Positions 19,853 to 29,900 of a stretch of 64,000 nucleotides of DNA are shown here, piece by piece. The notes beneath the pieces are model-generated. The model was not told the DNA's origin, ran no database searches, and was given only the letters and a program-made list of their open reading frames with translations. Where the stretch lies: positions 1 through 64,000 of the IMG/VR virus record IMGVR_UViG_3300034685_000230; one strand, written 5' to 3'. Both the position numbers and the translations under genes were made by a program. Source of the stretch: a virus. The stretch's first letter is position 1, and each line of letters starts with the position of its first letter.

Positions 19853-20776
19853 ATGAAGAGAGTACTACTCTCCGCTAAGCTAGACTACCTGTTAGACTAC
19901 GCGAAAAAACAGTACAGCGTGAGAAGGGGCCTACGCTTAAACTCGAAAGACTGGGAGTCATTCGTCAGCATAAGGAGTGCCGTATACTACTCCTTTCTAA
20001 TCAACGGTACGGTAAAGTTTACGACTAAGTCAAAGATTTCCGGTAAGACGTACGAGCAGTACGTTAAGCTGGTTAACTTTAAGAGAGTAGAACCGGCGCT
20101 ACTGTTACTCTTTCTAATCGACACACCTGAAGACCAAGTTGTAGAGTTTTTAAACAGCTTTCTACTCAGCGGAGAGGCTAAATTATCGTGTCAGTGTGCA
20201 TCCTATATTTACCACGGAGCTAAATACAACCTAACTAAGCTAAAGTCATGTTACGGCCCGGGTGAGATTAGGCCGCCAGACGTGAGGGACCCTCTTAGAA
20301 AGTTTCTAGTGTGCAAGCACCTGTGGCTAGTCTTAGTCAATTTTGAAAAACATGTTACCGAGTTTGCCAAGGGCTTACTACCCTACTATAAGAGAGCCTT
20401 CGGCTTAGCGTCTCCGACTGGGTTGGAAAGGTTAAAGAAAAACTTAGGTGACAGCGGGTTAAAGAGGGTTGTAGAGGAAGCGGTTAGAAACACCAACGCT
20501 CTCAAGTCTGACCAAGTTAAGCGGCTGTTTGACAAGCTAACGTCCGGTAAGCTTAACGAAGGGATTAATAAGAAGCTAAGCAACACCGACGCGGCCGAGA
20601 GTAGAGAGAATACCCAAAAAGAACAAGATAGTCACGCAACCGAAGAGCATGCTTCTGAAGAAGAAGGTAAACCGGTTCAAAAGGAAGAGTCGCTGAATAA
20701 TAAGAGTAATACAGAAGAAGAAAAAGAAAGCCTTAAGACTACAAAAAGTAAGAGTGAAACCGAGGAGGTACCATGA
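19853..20776 (+). CDS. SWIM zinc-finger protein
   Basis: SCQCASYIY...VCKHL; charged C-terminal tail. Confidence 0.6.
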   Translation: MKRVLLSAKLDYLLDYAKKQYSVRRGLRLNSKDWESFVSIRSAVYYSFLINGTVKFTTKSKISGKTYEQYVKLVNFKRVEPALLLLFLIDTPEDQVVEFLNSFLLSGEAKLSCQCASYIYHGAKYNLTKLKSCYGPGEIRPPDVRDPLRKFLVCKHLWLVLVNFEKHVTEFAKGLLPYYKRAFGLASPTGLERLKKNLGDSGLKRVVEEAVRNTNALKSDQVKRLFDKLTSGKLNEGINKKLSNTDAAESRENTQKEQDSHATEEHASEEEGKPVQKEESLNNKSNTEEEKESLKTTKSKSETEEVP

Positions 20777-21282
20777 AACAGTCGCTAGTTAAGATTTTGT
20801 CGGATGACGAGCAGCTAAGTGAGTACATAAGCTCTCTAGAGAGTGAGTTAGAGAACACGGAGTTAGTCGACGCTAAGCTTGACTTAATTCTCGACAACAT
20901 ACTCAGCTTGTACTCTAACTTTACCGACCGCAGGGCCTTGCGCGCGTCGAACATAAGTGCCGTCACGGAAATGCTAAAGTTAAAGGCCGACATACCGATG
21001 AGAAGGATACAGACTAAAAAGATGATTCTCGACATGCTAGCTAAAAAGAGAGAGCTTGAGATAAAGGAAAGGAGTGTTAGCGCTAGTGACCAACTGGTTG
21101 GAACGACGAGTGACTTGCTCAGAGCTATCTTCAACCGCTTAGACCAAAGCAACATTCACCCGATAGTAGACACTAGTGTACTAGAAAGTGAGTGTCTAGA
21201 TATTGTAGACTCTCCTAAAAGCTTGAGTGACTCAAGCTGTGATTCAGAAAGCGAAAACCGTGGGGATGATGCCGTTGCCTAG
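20773..21282 (+). CDS. putative terminase small subunit (gp16-like)
   Basis: Helical, with LVGTTSDLL resembling the gp16 FVGSTxEL motif; directly upstream of the portal gene. Confidence 0.4.
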   Translation: MKQSLVKILSDDEQLSEYISSLESELENTELVDAKLDLILDNILSLYSNFTDRRALRASNISAVTEMLKLKADIPMRRIQTKKMILDMLAKKRELEIKERSVSASDQLVGTTSDLLRAIFNRLDQSNIHPIVDTSVLESECLDIVDSPKSLSDSSCDSESENRGDDAVA

Positions 21283-23107
21283 AGATAAAGTAGGTTTGTT
21301 CGGTGACATAGGCGACCGCCTGAGTGAGTACATCCAGCAGTACAACAGACTGCGGTACGACAGCTTAATATACGATGATTCCGGTAAGAAGTTAGACATA
21401 TCCAAGCTGATACCGCAGCGGGAGCTGTCTAAGTTACTCCAGACTGTCTCTTCGTCGAACATATTCGGCCAGTCTATGTTTGAAAGGTTCTTTGACTTAC
21501 AGGTGGGGAGGGCTGCAAGGTATACGGAGTACGAGCAGATACTGTACAGGATACCCGAAGCTTCCCAAGCCCTGCAAGTCTACGTTGACAGCATACTGGC
21601 ACCCAACGTTGGGAGCAGGGACAACCAGATGAACTTTAACATATGGGAAGACAACCCTGTAGACGTCAAGGCTAAGACTCTAGCAGAGACGATGTTGAAG
21701 AGAAGCGGTTTCTTCGACATACTCCCGCAGATTATATACACCTCTCTTCTCTACGGAGACTCTATAGTAGAGTTAGACAAGACTGAGTCGGGTATCCGAT
21801 ACGTGCTACACACGCCTAAGAACTGCACGATACTCTTTGACCAGAAGACCGACATTGAGCTGGGTGTCTTGATCCAGCAGGACGTGGAGTCGTCTAAGCT
21901 GCTAGACATGCTCTCCTACGCTTACCCAACGCTAAACGTTGAGGTACCCGACAAGTTTGTGTCGATCGTAAGCAGCGTTCACCGCATAGACGACTACCAA
22001 GAGAAGCACATAGAGCAGCAGATAAAGTCTCTAATCGAAGACTTGTTTAAAGACCACGGGGCAAAGTACAAGTACTTGTCGCCGAGAAGGTACGTTAAGT
22101 TTCCGATATACTACAACAACATGTACTACCCGTACGGAACGTCTCTCTTCGACCCCGTAAGGTCCATCGCTAAGCAGCTGCTGCTAGTCGAAGCCGCCCT
22201 GTCCATCTACCGCGCTACCCGCACCCCGCTGCGGACCTTGTGGACAATCGAGGTCGGCAACACCCCTGAGCCTGAGATTCCGTCGCTAGTCAACGGGATA
22301 ATGGACAGGATAAGGCGACAGAAGGTTATCGACCCTGAGAACGAGGGTACCACGTCCCTAGACTCCATACCCGAGATGATGTCCTTAGAAGAGGATATCT
22401 GGAGCCCGTCGATCGGTGGCGCACCGCTGCTCAGAGCTGAGCCTATTCAGGGCGGTGATATATCACCCTACATTAACGACGCCGAGTACTTTAAGAGAAA
22501 GCTCATCGCAGCGCTGGGTATACCCCCCGCTTACTTAGCCGAGGAGCAGGCCGCGGGAACGAGAGCACTACTGACGCTGGAAGACATTAAGTTTAGTAGG
22601 ACGATAAGAAAGTACCAAACAGATATTAACAACTCCCTCAATGATCTAGTCAACACGTGTTTCCTACTGACGGGTAACTCGGAATTCTACAACAAAGTAA
22701 CGCTGTCTCTGCCGGAACCTAAGACTATCGAAGACAACATCAGGATAGAGAACATCAACAACAGGTTAAACGCGGCGGACTCGTTTATGAACTCATTCCC
22801 CAACATTCCCAAGCTGTGGGTGTTGAAGAACCTAATAGGGTTGACCGACGACGATATTGAGGACATGGTAAAGATGGTAGAGGATCAAAAGAAACTCGTT
22901 ATCTTTAGTGAGCAAGTACCGGGTAAGGAGCAGGGAGAGGGTAGTGTCGGCGGTGGCTTAGGTGGTGGGTTCGGAATGGAAGAAGGACCCGTGGGTATGG
23001 GTGAGAACTTAGGCGGGGAGTACGAAGAGCCCGAGTCGCTCGAGGGTCCGCTCGGAGAGATAGAGTTTGAAGAAGAAGAAACTGAAACTGAGGAGTTACC
23101 AACATAG
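21227..23107 (+). CDS. portal protein (gp20-like)
   Basis: PYGTSLFDPVR..KQLLLVEAALSIYRATRTPLR..IEVGN, SLEEDIW, YFKRKLIAALGIP, EDIKFSRTI. Confidence 0.9.
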   Translation: MTQAVIQKAKTVGMMPLPRDKVGLFGDIGDRLSEYIQQYNRLRYDSLIYDDSGKKLDISKLIPQRELSKLLQTVSSSNIFGQSMFERFFDLQVGRAARYTEYEQILYRIPEASQALQVYVDSILAPNVGSRDNQMNFNIWEDNPVDVKAKTLAETMLKRSGFFDILPQIIYTSLLYGDSIVELDKTESGIRYVLHTPKNCTILFDQKTDIELGVLIQQDVESSKLLDMLSYAYPTLNVEVPDKFVSIVSSVHRIDDYQEKHIEQQIKSLIEDLFKDHGAKYKYLSPRRYVKFPIYYNNMYYPYGTSLFDPVRSIAKQLLLVEAALSIYRATRTPLRTLWTIEVGNTPEPEIPSLVNGIMDRIRRQKVIDPENEGTTSLDSIPEMMSLEEDIWSPSIGGAPLLRAEPIQGGDISPYINDAEYFKRKLIAALGIPPAYLAEEQAAGTRALLTLEDIKFSRTIRKYQTDINNSLNDLVNTCFLLTGNSEFYNKVTLSLPEPKTIEDNIRIENINNRLNAADSFMNSFPNIPKLWVLKNLIGLTDDDIEDMVKMVEDQKKLVIFSEQVPGKEQGEGSVGGGLGGGFGMEEGPVGMGENLGGEYEEPESLEGPLGEIEFEEEETETEELPT

Positions 23108-23210
23108 TTGTAAGCTACAGTTTGTTGGTAAATAATACTGTGAAAACTGCAGCGCGTTATTAACAAACCGTACCGCTAGAGTGTAGTTAGTTTACGCAAC
23201 AAGTGAAAAA

Positions 23211-23220
23211 TAAAATTAAA
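23211..23220 (+). promoter_or_regulatory. candidate late-promoter motif (T/C)AAAATTAA(A/T)
   Basis: TAAAATTAAA here; related copies upstream of late genes at 4049-4058(-), 12909-12918(-), 17665-17674, 25707-25716, 26751-26760, 30307-30316, 32953-32962 and 50261-50270. Confidence 0.45.
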
Positions 23221-23256
23221 TACATAAAAGCTAAAGTGTAGGAGGCAAACACTTCT

Positions 23257-24789
23257 ATGGTTAAGAATAGATTAAAAGATGACATTAGGTTTATGCTGTC
23301 CAACTTAGTAAAGAGTTTTGACGATGCGGGGGAAGACTACAACAGCCTGATATCGGAGATCTACGATGAGTTAGACAACCTGTCTCTAGTTGACTTGTGC
23401 GTTACGAGGGAGTACATTAAAGACTCAGTAAGCGCCTTGAATTCCAGCAAGCAGTTTAAGAAACCTAAGAAAAGCATGCTGGCGGCTAGGCTGAAGGTTA
23501 TCTCAGACAACGTTGGCAACTTCTACGTTGTTTCAGAAGACGGCGGGCAGGAAAAGATAGTGTTTCAAACTAGTGATAAGAATAGAGCCGACCAGTTTGT
23601 GCGTGACAACCAAAAGAACGCTGCCGTGGCGGCGGCTCCGGAAGACGAGTTGGAAGGCGACGTTAGCGAAGACATAGCTGAAATTCCCGAGGATGACTTA
23701 CCGAATACTAGAACCGACAAAAACGATACCGACGACGAAGACGAGGACAGCTTAGGCGAGCTAGATGATGAAGAAGAAGAGTTAAACGGTGAAGAGGAAG
23801 ATGAAGTCGATCAAGAAACTCTAGACGAGATTGAAGAGCTAATTGAGAGAGCGGATCACCTGATCGCAGCGATCGACAACTCGATCGACGTTGTCCCGGA
23901 CTTAGACGCGATCACGGATTTAGTAAACATCAAGGTGTCGATTCAGGACAGGGTTGACGAGCTTAACTCGAAAGACCCAGCCGCTCCAGACTTAGACGAG
24001 GCTATGGAAGCACTCCGGAGTGAACTCGAAGAGTACGAGAGTAAAGCGCTGGACATAATCAACAAAAACACACCGAACGGTGAGGAAGATAAAGAAGAGG
24101 AAGAAGAAGCCGAAGATACCGAGCCGGTTGAGGAGAGTACTATCATTAAGGGTGAGGAAGAGCTACCCGACGACGAAACTGACGAGGAAGAGTCTCCTGA
24201 GTCTGAGGAAGACGAGCTCGAACTTGACGAAGAGTTTGACGACAGTGGTGAAGAGTTTGAAGACGTAGAGTTGGACAGTGAGGAAGAGCCGTTCGGCGAA
24301 GACACTGAAGAGTTAAACGAAGAAGAGTTAAGTGAGGATAACATTGACGAGCTTATCGACGACTTACTAAGCAGCGTTGAAGACCTTGAAGAAAAAATAG
24401 AAGACGTAAGAGAAATTGTTGAGGAAAAAAAGCAAGAAAAAGACATAGAAGAGGTTGACTTAGATACTGATAGTAAGGATACTGCTGAGGGTGAAGAAGA
24501 GCTAGGAGAAGAGTTAAGCGAGGAAACACCGGAAGAAGAGAGTGCCGGCGAAGATGAAGAAGACAAGACTCTAGCTAGTTCGGCGTTGACCCCGCCTGGC
24601 TGGGAGTCGCTAGAAGACGGGGAGGTAAAAGACTCGGAGTTAGAGTCCGACACTCCGACTAGCAAGATGGTACCAGAAGACGACGGTGTTGCGGAAGTTG
24701 GTAGGAAGAAGCCTGACAAAAAGCCGTGTGGAGAATTACCCTTAGACGGAGTTAACCCACTCGAGGCTAAGAAAGCGGCTAAAAGATAA
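23257..24789 (+). CDS. highly acidic prohead core / scaffold protein
   Basis: E/D-rich 510 aa between the portal and protease genes; AGGAGG RBS. Confidence 0.6.
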   Translation: MVKNRLKDDIRFMLSNLVKSFDDAGEDYNSLISEIYDELDNLSLVDLCVTREYIKDSVSALNSSKQFKKPKKSMLAARLKVISDNVGNFYVVSEDGGQEKIVFQTSDKNRADQFVRDNQKNAAVAAAPEDELEGDVSEDIAEIPEDDLPNTRTDKNDTDDEDEDSLGELDDEEEELNGEEEDEVDQETLDEIEELIERADHLIAAIDNSIDVVPDLDAITDLVNIKVSIQDRVDELNSKDPAAPDLDEAMEALRSELEEYESKALDIINKNTPNGEEDKEEEEEAEDTEPVEESTIIKGEEELPDDETDEEESPESEEDELELDEEFDDSGEEFEDVELDSEEEPFGEDTEELNEEELSEDNIDELIDDLLSSVEDLEEKIEDVREIVEEKKQEKDIEEVDLDTDSKDTAEGEEELGEELSEETPEEESAGEDEEDKTLASSALTPPGWESLEDGEVKDSELESDTPTSKMVPEDDGVAEVGRKKPDKKPCGELPLDGVNPLEAKKAAKR

Positions 24790-24792
24790 AGG

Positions 24793-25479
24793 GTGAGTAC
24801 AGTGCAGAAGGATAAGTATCTAATAAGGTCGATCGTCAACCCTCTCTTAGAGTACAAGATAGTCGAGGGCTCCGAGGTTAAGGGGTCTAACAAAGTAGTG
24901 GCTGAGGCAGTGTTTCAGAAGTGCGACGACCCCAACGCTAACGGGCACTCCTTTCCGCGTAGGGTCTTAGCCGCGGCTGTTGACGAGGCGAGGGAGAATA
25001 TAAGAAACAGGCACTTCTTGGGAGAGCTAGACCACCCGGAGAACATAAAGGACGTTAACAGAATTGCCACCGTGTCGCTTAAAAACGTGTCTCACCTCAT
25101 CACTAACTTAGAGATGGATGGAGACTACGTTGTCGGAAAGTTTGAGACGCTAGATACCCCCAACGGTATGATCCTTGCCTCGCTGCTTAAGGACAAGATA
25201 AAGACCGGCGTCTCTATCCGAGCCATCACCGACCAAGATATTAGCTACGGGTCAGACAAGATAAACAGCATCACTGAGTTTACCCTCATCACCTACGACG
25301 CGGTTCACAACCCCGCGTACTCCGACGCGTACGTAAAGTCCATCATGGCGTCGGTCTACAAGCTTGACTCCGACTACAGCGAGAGACGGATAAGCGTTAG
25401 CGAGGGTGAGTTTAAGGCAATGCTGGCTGAAGCTATAACGGCGGCGGTTAAGAGAATATACGCTAACAGTAAGAGATAA
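24793..25479 (+). CDS. prohead protease (gp21-like)
   Basis: NANGHSFP, LGELDHP, LDTPNGMI, GVSIRA, TYDAVHNPA. Confidence 0.9.
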   Translation: MSTVQKDKYLIRSIVNPLLEYKIVEGSEVKGSNKVVAEAVFQKCDDPNANGHSFPRRVLAAAVDEARENIRNRHFLGELDHPENIKDVNRIATVSLKNVSHLITNLEMDGDYVVGKFETLDTPNGMILASLLKDKIKTGVSIRAITDQDISYGSDKINSITEFTLITYDAVHNPAYSDAYVKSIMASVYKLDSDYSERRISVSEGEFKAMLAEAITAAVKRIYANSKR

Positions 25480-25501
25480 CCGTGAACTGAGGTGCTGTGA
25501 G

Positions 25502-25738
25502 ATGGATCTAAACGAGTTTATGAAGAAGTCCCTGAGTCTAGTTGACCCAGTCGACCTTGAGAGGGAGTTCAGCGACACGGAGATGAAGTACGCTTCTAAG
25601 ATCGCTAAAAAGGACATGGAGATAAGCGACTTAGACCGGAAGATAGCTAGCGTAAATAGAAGAACAAGCGACATAAAAGCAAACATTAACACGTTAAAAA
25701 GTAACTTAAAATTAATAAGCGACGCTTTAGAAGACTAA
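25502..25738 (+). CDS. hypothetical head-module protein
   Basis: GAGGTG RBS; coiled-coil-like. Confidence 0.55.
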   Translation: MDLNEFMKKSLSLVDPVDLEREFSDTEMKYASKIAKKDMEISDLDRKIASVNRRTSDIKANINTLKSNLKLISDALED

Positions 25739-25761
25739 GTTGCGAAGGTGGGAAATCAAGC

Positions 25762-26925
25762 ATGCACATAGACAAGGACCTCGTACAGAAGGCTGTCGAC
25801 GAAGCCTTTGAGAAGATCATAAAGGAAAACGAGAGTTACGACGACAGCGAGGTAATATACTCCGACGAGCCTAAGCCGGAGTTGAAAGAGATGCCCGAAG
25901 AGGATAAAGTAGAGGAAGAGGAAAACGTAGAAGACAGGGTGGAGGAAGAGGTTGAGGAAGCCATCGGTGAAAACTCAGACTTTAACTTTCTCGGCTTAGA
26001 CATCAGTATTGAGAAGACCGAGAACGGTAAGTTCAACGTTAAGATAACGAAGGCCGACAAGGAGAAAGTTGAGGTACTAGACGTGGCTGACCTTCCGAAC
26101 ATCCTCGGCTTGATAGAGGACTTCTTCAACGAGTTAGTCTTAGAAGACACAAAGAGCGGTGAGGGTGAGGAAGACGAAGCGGAGAGTGACGAGGAGATCT
26201 CCGAGTTAAACGAGGAAGACGACTCCGACGAGGACGAGCCTGTTGAGCAAGAGTTTGAAGACGAGCTAACCGAAGGCTACCGAGCTTCAGGCTACCACAC
26301 CTCGCTAGCCTCACTGCGAAGAAAATATGGGAGTAGGGTAGAGGAGATTCTAGAGCACGGGTTGCTGGCTAAGGAGTTAGCGCTGGAGATGGTTAAGGGT
26401 AACTTAGTTAAGGGCACAGTTAAGGAGCTAGTCGACACAGTCAGGGAGAAGGACGCTCTGATCGCCGCTAAGAAAACCGATCTGCGGAAGTCAAGCGTTA
26501 GGTACCTCTACGCGAAGAAGATGGAGAGTAGCCTGAAGAAAGCCAGCGCCGTGCTGGGGTCGGCGATCGTTGACTTGAGCAAGCAAGTAAACAGCAGGCG
26601 GGTGTCGCCTGAGTTGGCGCGGAAGGCTGTGAAGAGGTACAAGTCTATCATAGCCGCGATCGTCAACGCTAACAGTCCTAAGACCGTACTGGCTGCTACC
26701 GCCGCGGTGGGTAAGGTACGAAACGCTGTTTTAGCAAATGTTAACAAAAGTAAAATTAAACCCGACAGGAGTAGGAGTGTTAACACTGAGTTTAGGCCGA
26801 GAAATGTACTGAACAGGACTGGAAAGACTGCCAACTCGACTCTACTCTCCGGTAGGCGATATGACGGAATCGACGAGATGAGCGCTGAGATCCTGCGGAT
26901 TGCAGGCATCACTGGTAACAGTTAG
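25762..26925 (+). CDS. prohead core scaffolding protein (gp22-like)
   Basis: Acidic N-terminal half, basic helical C-terminal half ending ILRIAGI; directly upstream of the MCP gene. Confidence 0.6.
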   Translation: MHIDKDLVQKAVDEAFEKIIKENESYDDSEVIYSDEPKPELKEMPEEDKVEEEENVEDRVEEEVEEAIGENSDFNFLGLDISIEKTENGKFNVKITKADKEKVEVLDVADLPNILGLIEDFFNELVLEDTKSGEGEEDEAESDEEISELNEEDDSDEDEPVEQEFEDELTEGYRASGYHTSLASLRRKYGSRVEEILEHGLLAKELALEMVKGNLVKGTVKELVDTVREKDALIAAKKTDLRKSSVRYLYAKKMESSLKKASAVLGSAIVDLSKQVNSRRVSPELARKAVKRYKSIIAAIVNANSPKTVLAATAAVGKVRNAVLANVNKSKIKPDRSRSVNTEFRPRNVLNRTGKTANSTLLSGRRYDGIDEMSAEILRIAGITGNS

Positions 26926-26975
26926 CTTACCAACATTTTAAACTAAACTACATAAACAAGGAGTGTAACGCAACT

Positions 26976-29900
26976 ATGGACAGAAAAGACTACACGGCTC
27001 TCCTGTCAGAGAGAGTCTGGCCCAGGGTTGAGAGACAGCTTTTGGGTGGAATCGCTGACAGGGGGCTTCAGAGAAACTTGAAAACTGTTCTCGCTAACAC
27101 GAGAAACGCGCTTTTGGCTGACACGTCAATGCAGAACATGGTATACCTCAGTGTGGGGTCATTTTAGCGAGAGCTAAAATAGCAAATCGGGTGAATTGCT
27201 GGGACTCTTTAGAGCCTCTAGTGCTACAGCGTAGTCGGTAACGACAAGCGCGAAAGCTCTAAAAAACTTAGAGGATTAGGGAATCAGCAGCCGAGCAGCC
27301 AGTACACTGGTTGAAGGTCCAGAGACTACCGGAGAGATGCTCTTAGTTCTTAAGAGCGAGTTCTCTTAATAACCGGCTAGAGCGCCCGACCCTTAGTTAT
27401 AAAGCTAAGGTGAAGATATAGTCCATCCCACAGCGAAAGCTGCGGACAAGATGCCCGAAAATTGTACTACCGTTAGTTAGACGTCTCAACGTAGGGACCG
27501 CTGTAGGGTAACCTACAGTTGCAAATTCGGTGAATTGCTGGGAGCCTTTAGAGCCCTCGGTGCTACAGCGTAGCTGGCAACGGCAGGCGCGAACGCTCTA
27601 AAAAACCGTAGGGATTAGGTAATCAGCAGCCAAGCTCCCGAAAGCGCAAGATAGTAGGGAGAAGGTTCAGAGACTAGAGGTTGAGCCAGCGCAGGCAATA
27701 ACACCTCCTCGAGCGCCGAATAACTAAAGCAGTATAGCTTTAGTTAATGATATAGTCCACTCTAGGGTGAAAGCCTTAGGTAGAGTGCTTTCCAAAACTG
27801 ATTGCGAATCAGATTATCTCGGTTCAGCCGCTCAACGGACCAACGGGTTATTAATCTAGCTCGTTTAAAATCGGGTGAATTGCTGGGAGTTCCTAAAGCT
27901 CTTAGTACTACAGAGTAGCCGGAAACGGCAAGCTCGAAAGTTTGAAAAACTAAGAGATGCAACAATGGATAACCAGCAGCCAAGCTCCTGAAGGTACATT
28001 AAGAGTATGGAGAAGGTTCAGAGACTAGAGGTTGAGCTAGTACAAGCAATAACACCTCCTAGAGCGCCCGACAAGTATTGAGTACCTTGACAATTAAATA
28101 ATACTATAGATTATATAATAATTAATATAAAAAATATTAATATATTATGGGACAGGTGCTGATCACACTTGATAAATTTAACCCTCATTTATCTTACCAT
28201 AATATATTCAATAAAAAGAGGGTTAATTATGATTCAATGTCCAATATGTAAAAAATATTTTAAGCATATTAATAACATGCATTTAAAAAAACATAATTTA
28301 ACTACTGAACAATTTAAATCATTATATCCTAATTATAATACATGTTCTAAAGAATTTAGTGAAAAACGATCGGCTGCTAATAAAATACAAATGTTAAAAA
28401 TTCATAAAAAAAATCCAAAAGAAAGATATGTTAATGTTGGTATTGGTCGAAAAAAAGCTTGGGATAATTGTTCAGAAGAAAGACGAAAAGAGATAGGGTT
28501 AAAAGCTACTGAATGTTGGAGAAAATATGATTTAAATGAAGAAAATAAACGAAAAAAATATAAAAAAGTTTCTAAATCTCTTAAAAAATATTATAAAAAT
28601 TTAGATCCAAAAGAAAAAGAAAAAATATTGAAAAATAGTTTATTTAAAATTAGAAAACATGGTGGAGCTAAAATAGAAACTAATATTAACGGAAAAATAA
28701 TTAAATTTCGATCAATACCAGAAATTTGGATAGCAGAGTTTTTAGAACAAAGTGGTTTTAGTTGGGAATATGAAACTTTAAAAATTGATTATTTAGACAA
28801 AAATAATAATATGCATATATATATTCCTGATTTTTATATAAAAGATTATAATTTAGTTTTAGAATTTAAAGGTAAAAATTTTCTTGAAGAAGATATTGAA
28901 ATATATAAAAAATACTATACAGAAAAAGCCGGATTTAATTATATTTTATTAATGTATCAAGAAAAATATTTATTATTAAAAGAATTAAAAAAGATTTTTA
29001 ATCTATAGTATTATTTAATTATTAGGTACTCAATACTTGAAGATATAGTCCGTTCCGTAGTGAAAGCTACGGAGTAAAACGTGGATTCGGTTCCTTGACG
29101 CATTTGTTGAACACATTAATCCAGCTACTGGCAACGTAAACATCTACCCCTGGTCTCAGGGTGACAGCACGTACTCTACACCGCAGAATGATTTAACGGT
29201 TGAAATTTCAGCTGATGGTACTGACACAAACTATACTGGAGTACTAAAAGACAGCGATAATAATATACTGGTACCGTCGGAGGGAACGCTCTTTGTGGAG
29301 ATTGAAAGTTCCTCCGGTACGTGGACGAAGATAGCCGAGGCTGACAGGAGTGGAGTGCTTCACTCTCTGAGTTCCGCCTATAAAGTTATAGGTGTCGTTG
29401 ACCCTAAAACACAAGAGTTTGTCGTTAACGTTACAGACTCAGCCGGCACCGTAGTCGGAAAAGCGCTTCGCTTTGCCTTTAAGGAAGACATTCAGAAGAA
29501 CATCCCGTTCGGCGACGGTAAGACCTACAACACGATGCGGTTTGAGATCACCAAGATCGCCGTCGAGGCTAAGACCCGTAAGCTGGGTGCCACGTACAGC
29601 TTCGAGCTCATGGAAGACTACAAGAACGAGTTCGGTGAGAACTTCGAGGACAAGATGGTCGACTACCTAACCACGACTATTCTGACGGAGGTCGACAGTG
29701 AGGTAATCGACACGCTGTTCAGTAAGGCTACCGTAAGCGGTTCTTGGGACGCCACGATGCCGATGACGTGGACTCGCGGTATCAACCAGTGGTACGAGAC
29801 GGTGCTGCCGAAGATAAACAAGCTGAGCAACTACATCTACCAGGCAACCCACGTCTCCGGAGCAACGTTCCTGGTCTGCAGCCCCGTTACGGCTACCATC

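Noticed and set aside
23943-24893. Long Ser-rich antisense ORFs (also 6688-7158, 25836-26150, 15247-15804)
   Set aside because: Mirror images of Glu/Asp-rich genes on the opposite strand; no RBS or motifs.
26976-27983. 63-aa ORF 26976-27167 and antisense ORF 27762-27983 as independent genes; MCP as a pseudogene
   Set aside because: Explained by MCP exon 1 reading into intron 1 and by intron sequence; splicing restores a full reading frame.
27180-28070. Three roughly 300-bp repeats as a CRISPR array or tandem repeat
   Set aside because: They are group I ribozyme cores, not repeat-spacer units. No CRISPR array or cas gene was seen in the window.
28087-28119. TTGACA...TATAAT promoter for the intron endonuclease
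   Set aside because: The spacer is 21 nt in very AT-rich DNA, so it is not convincing.
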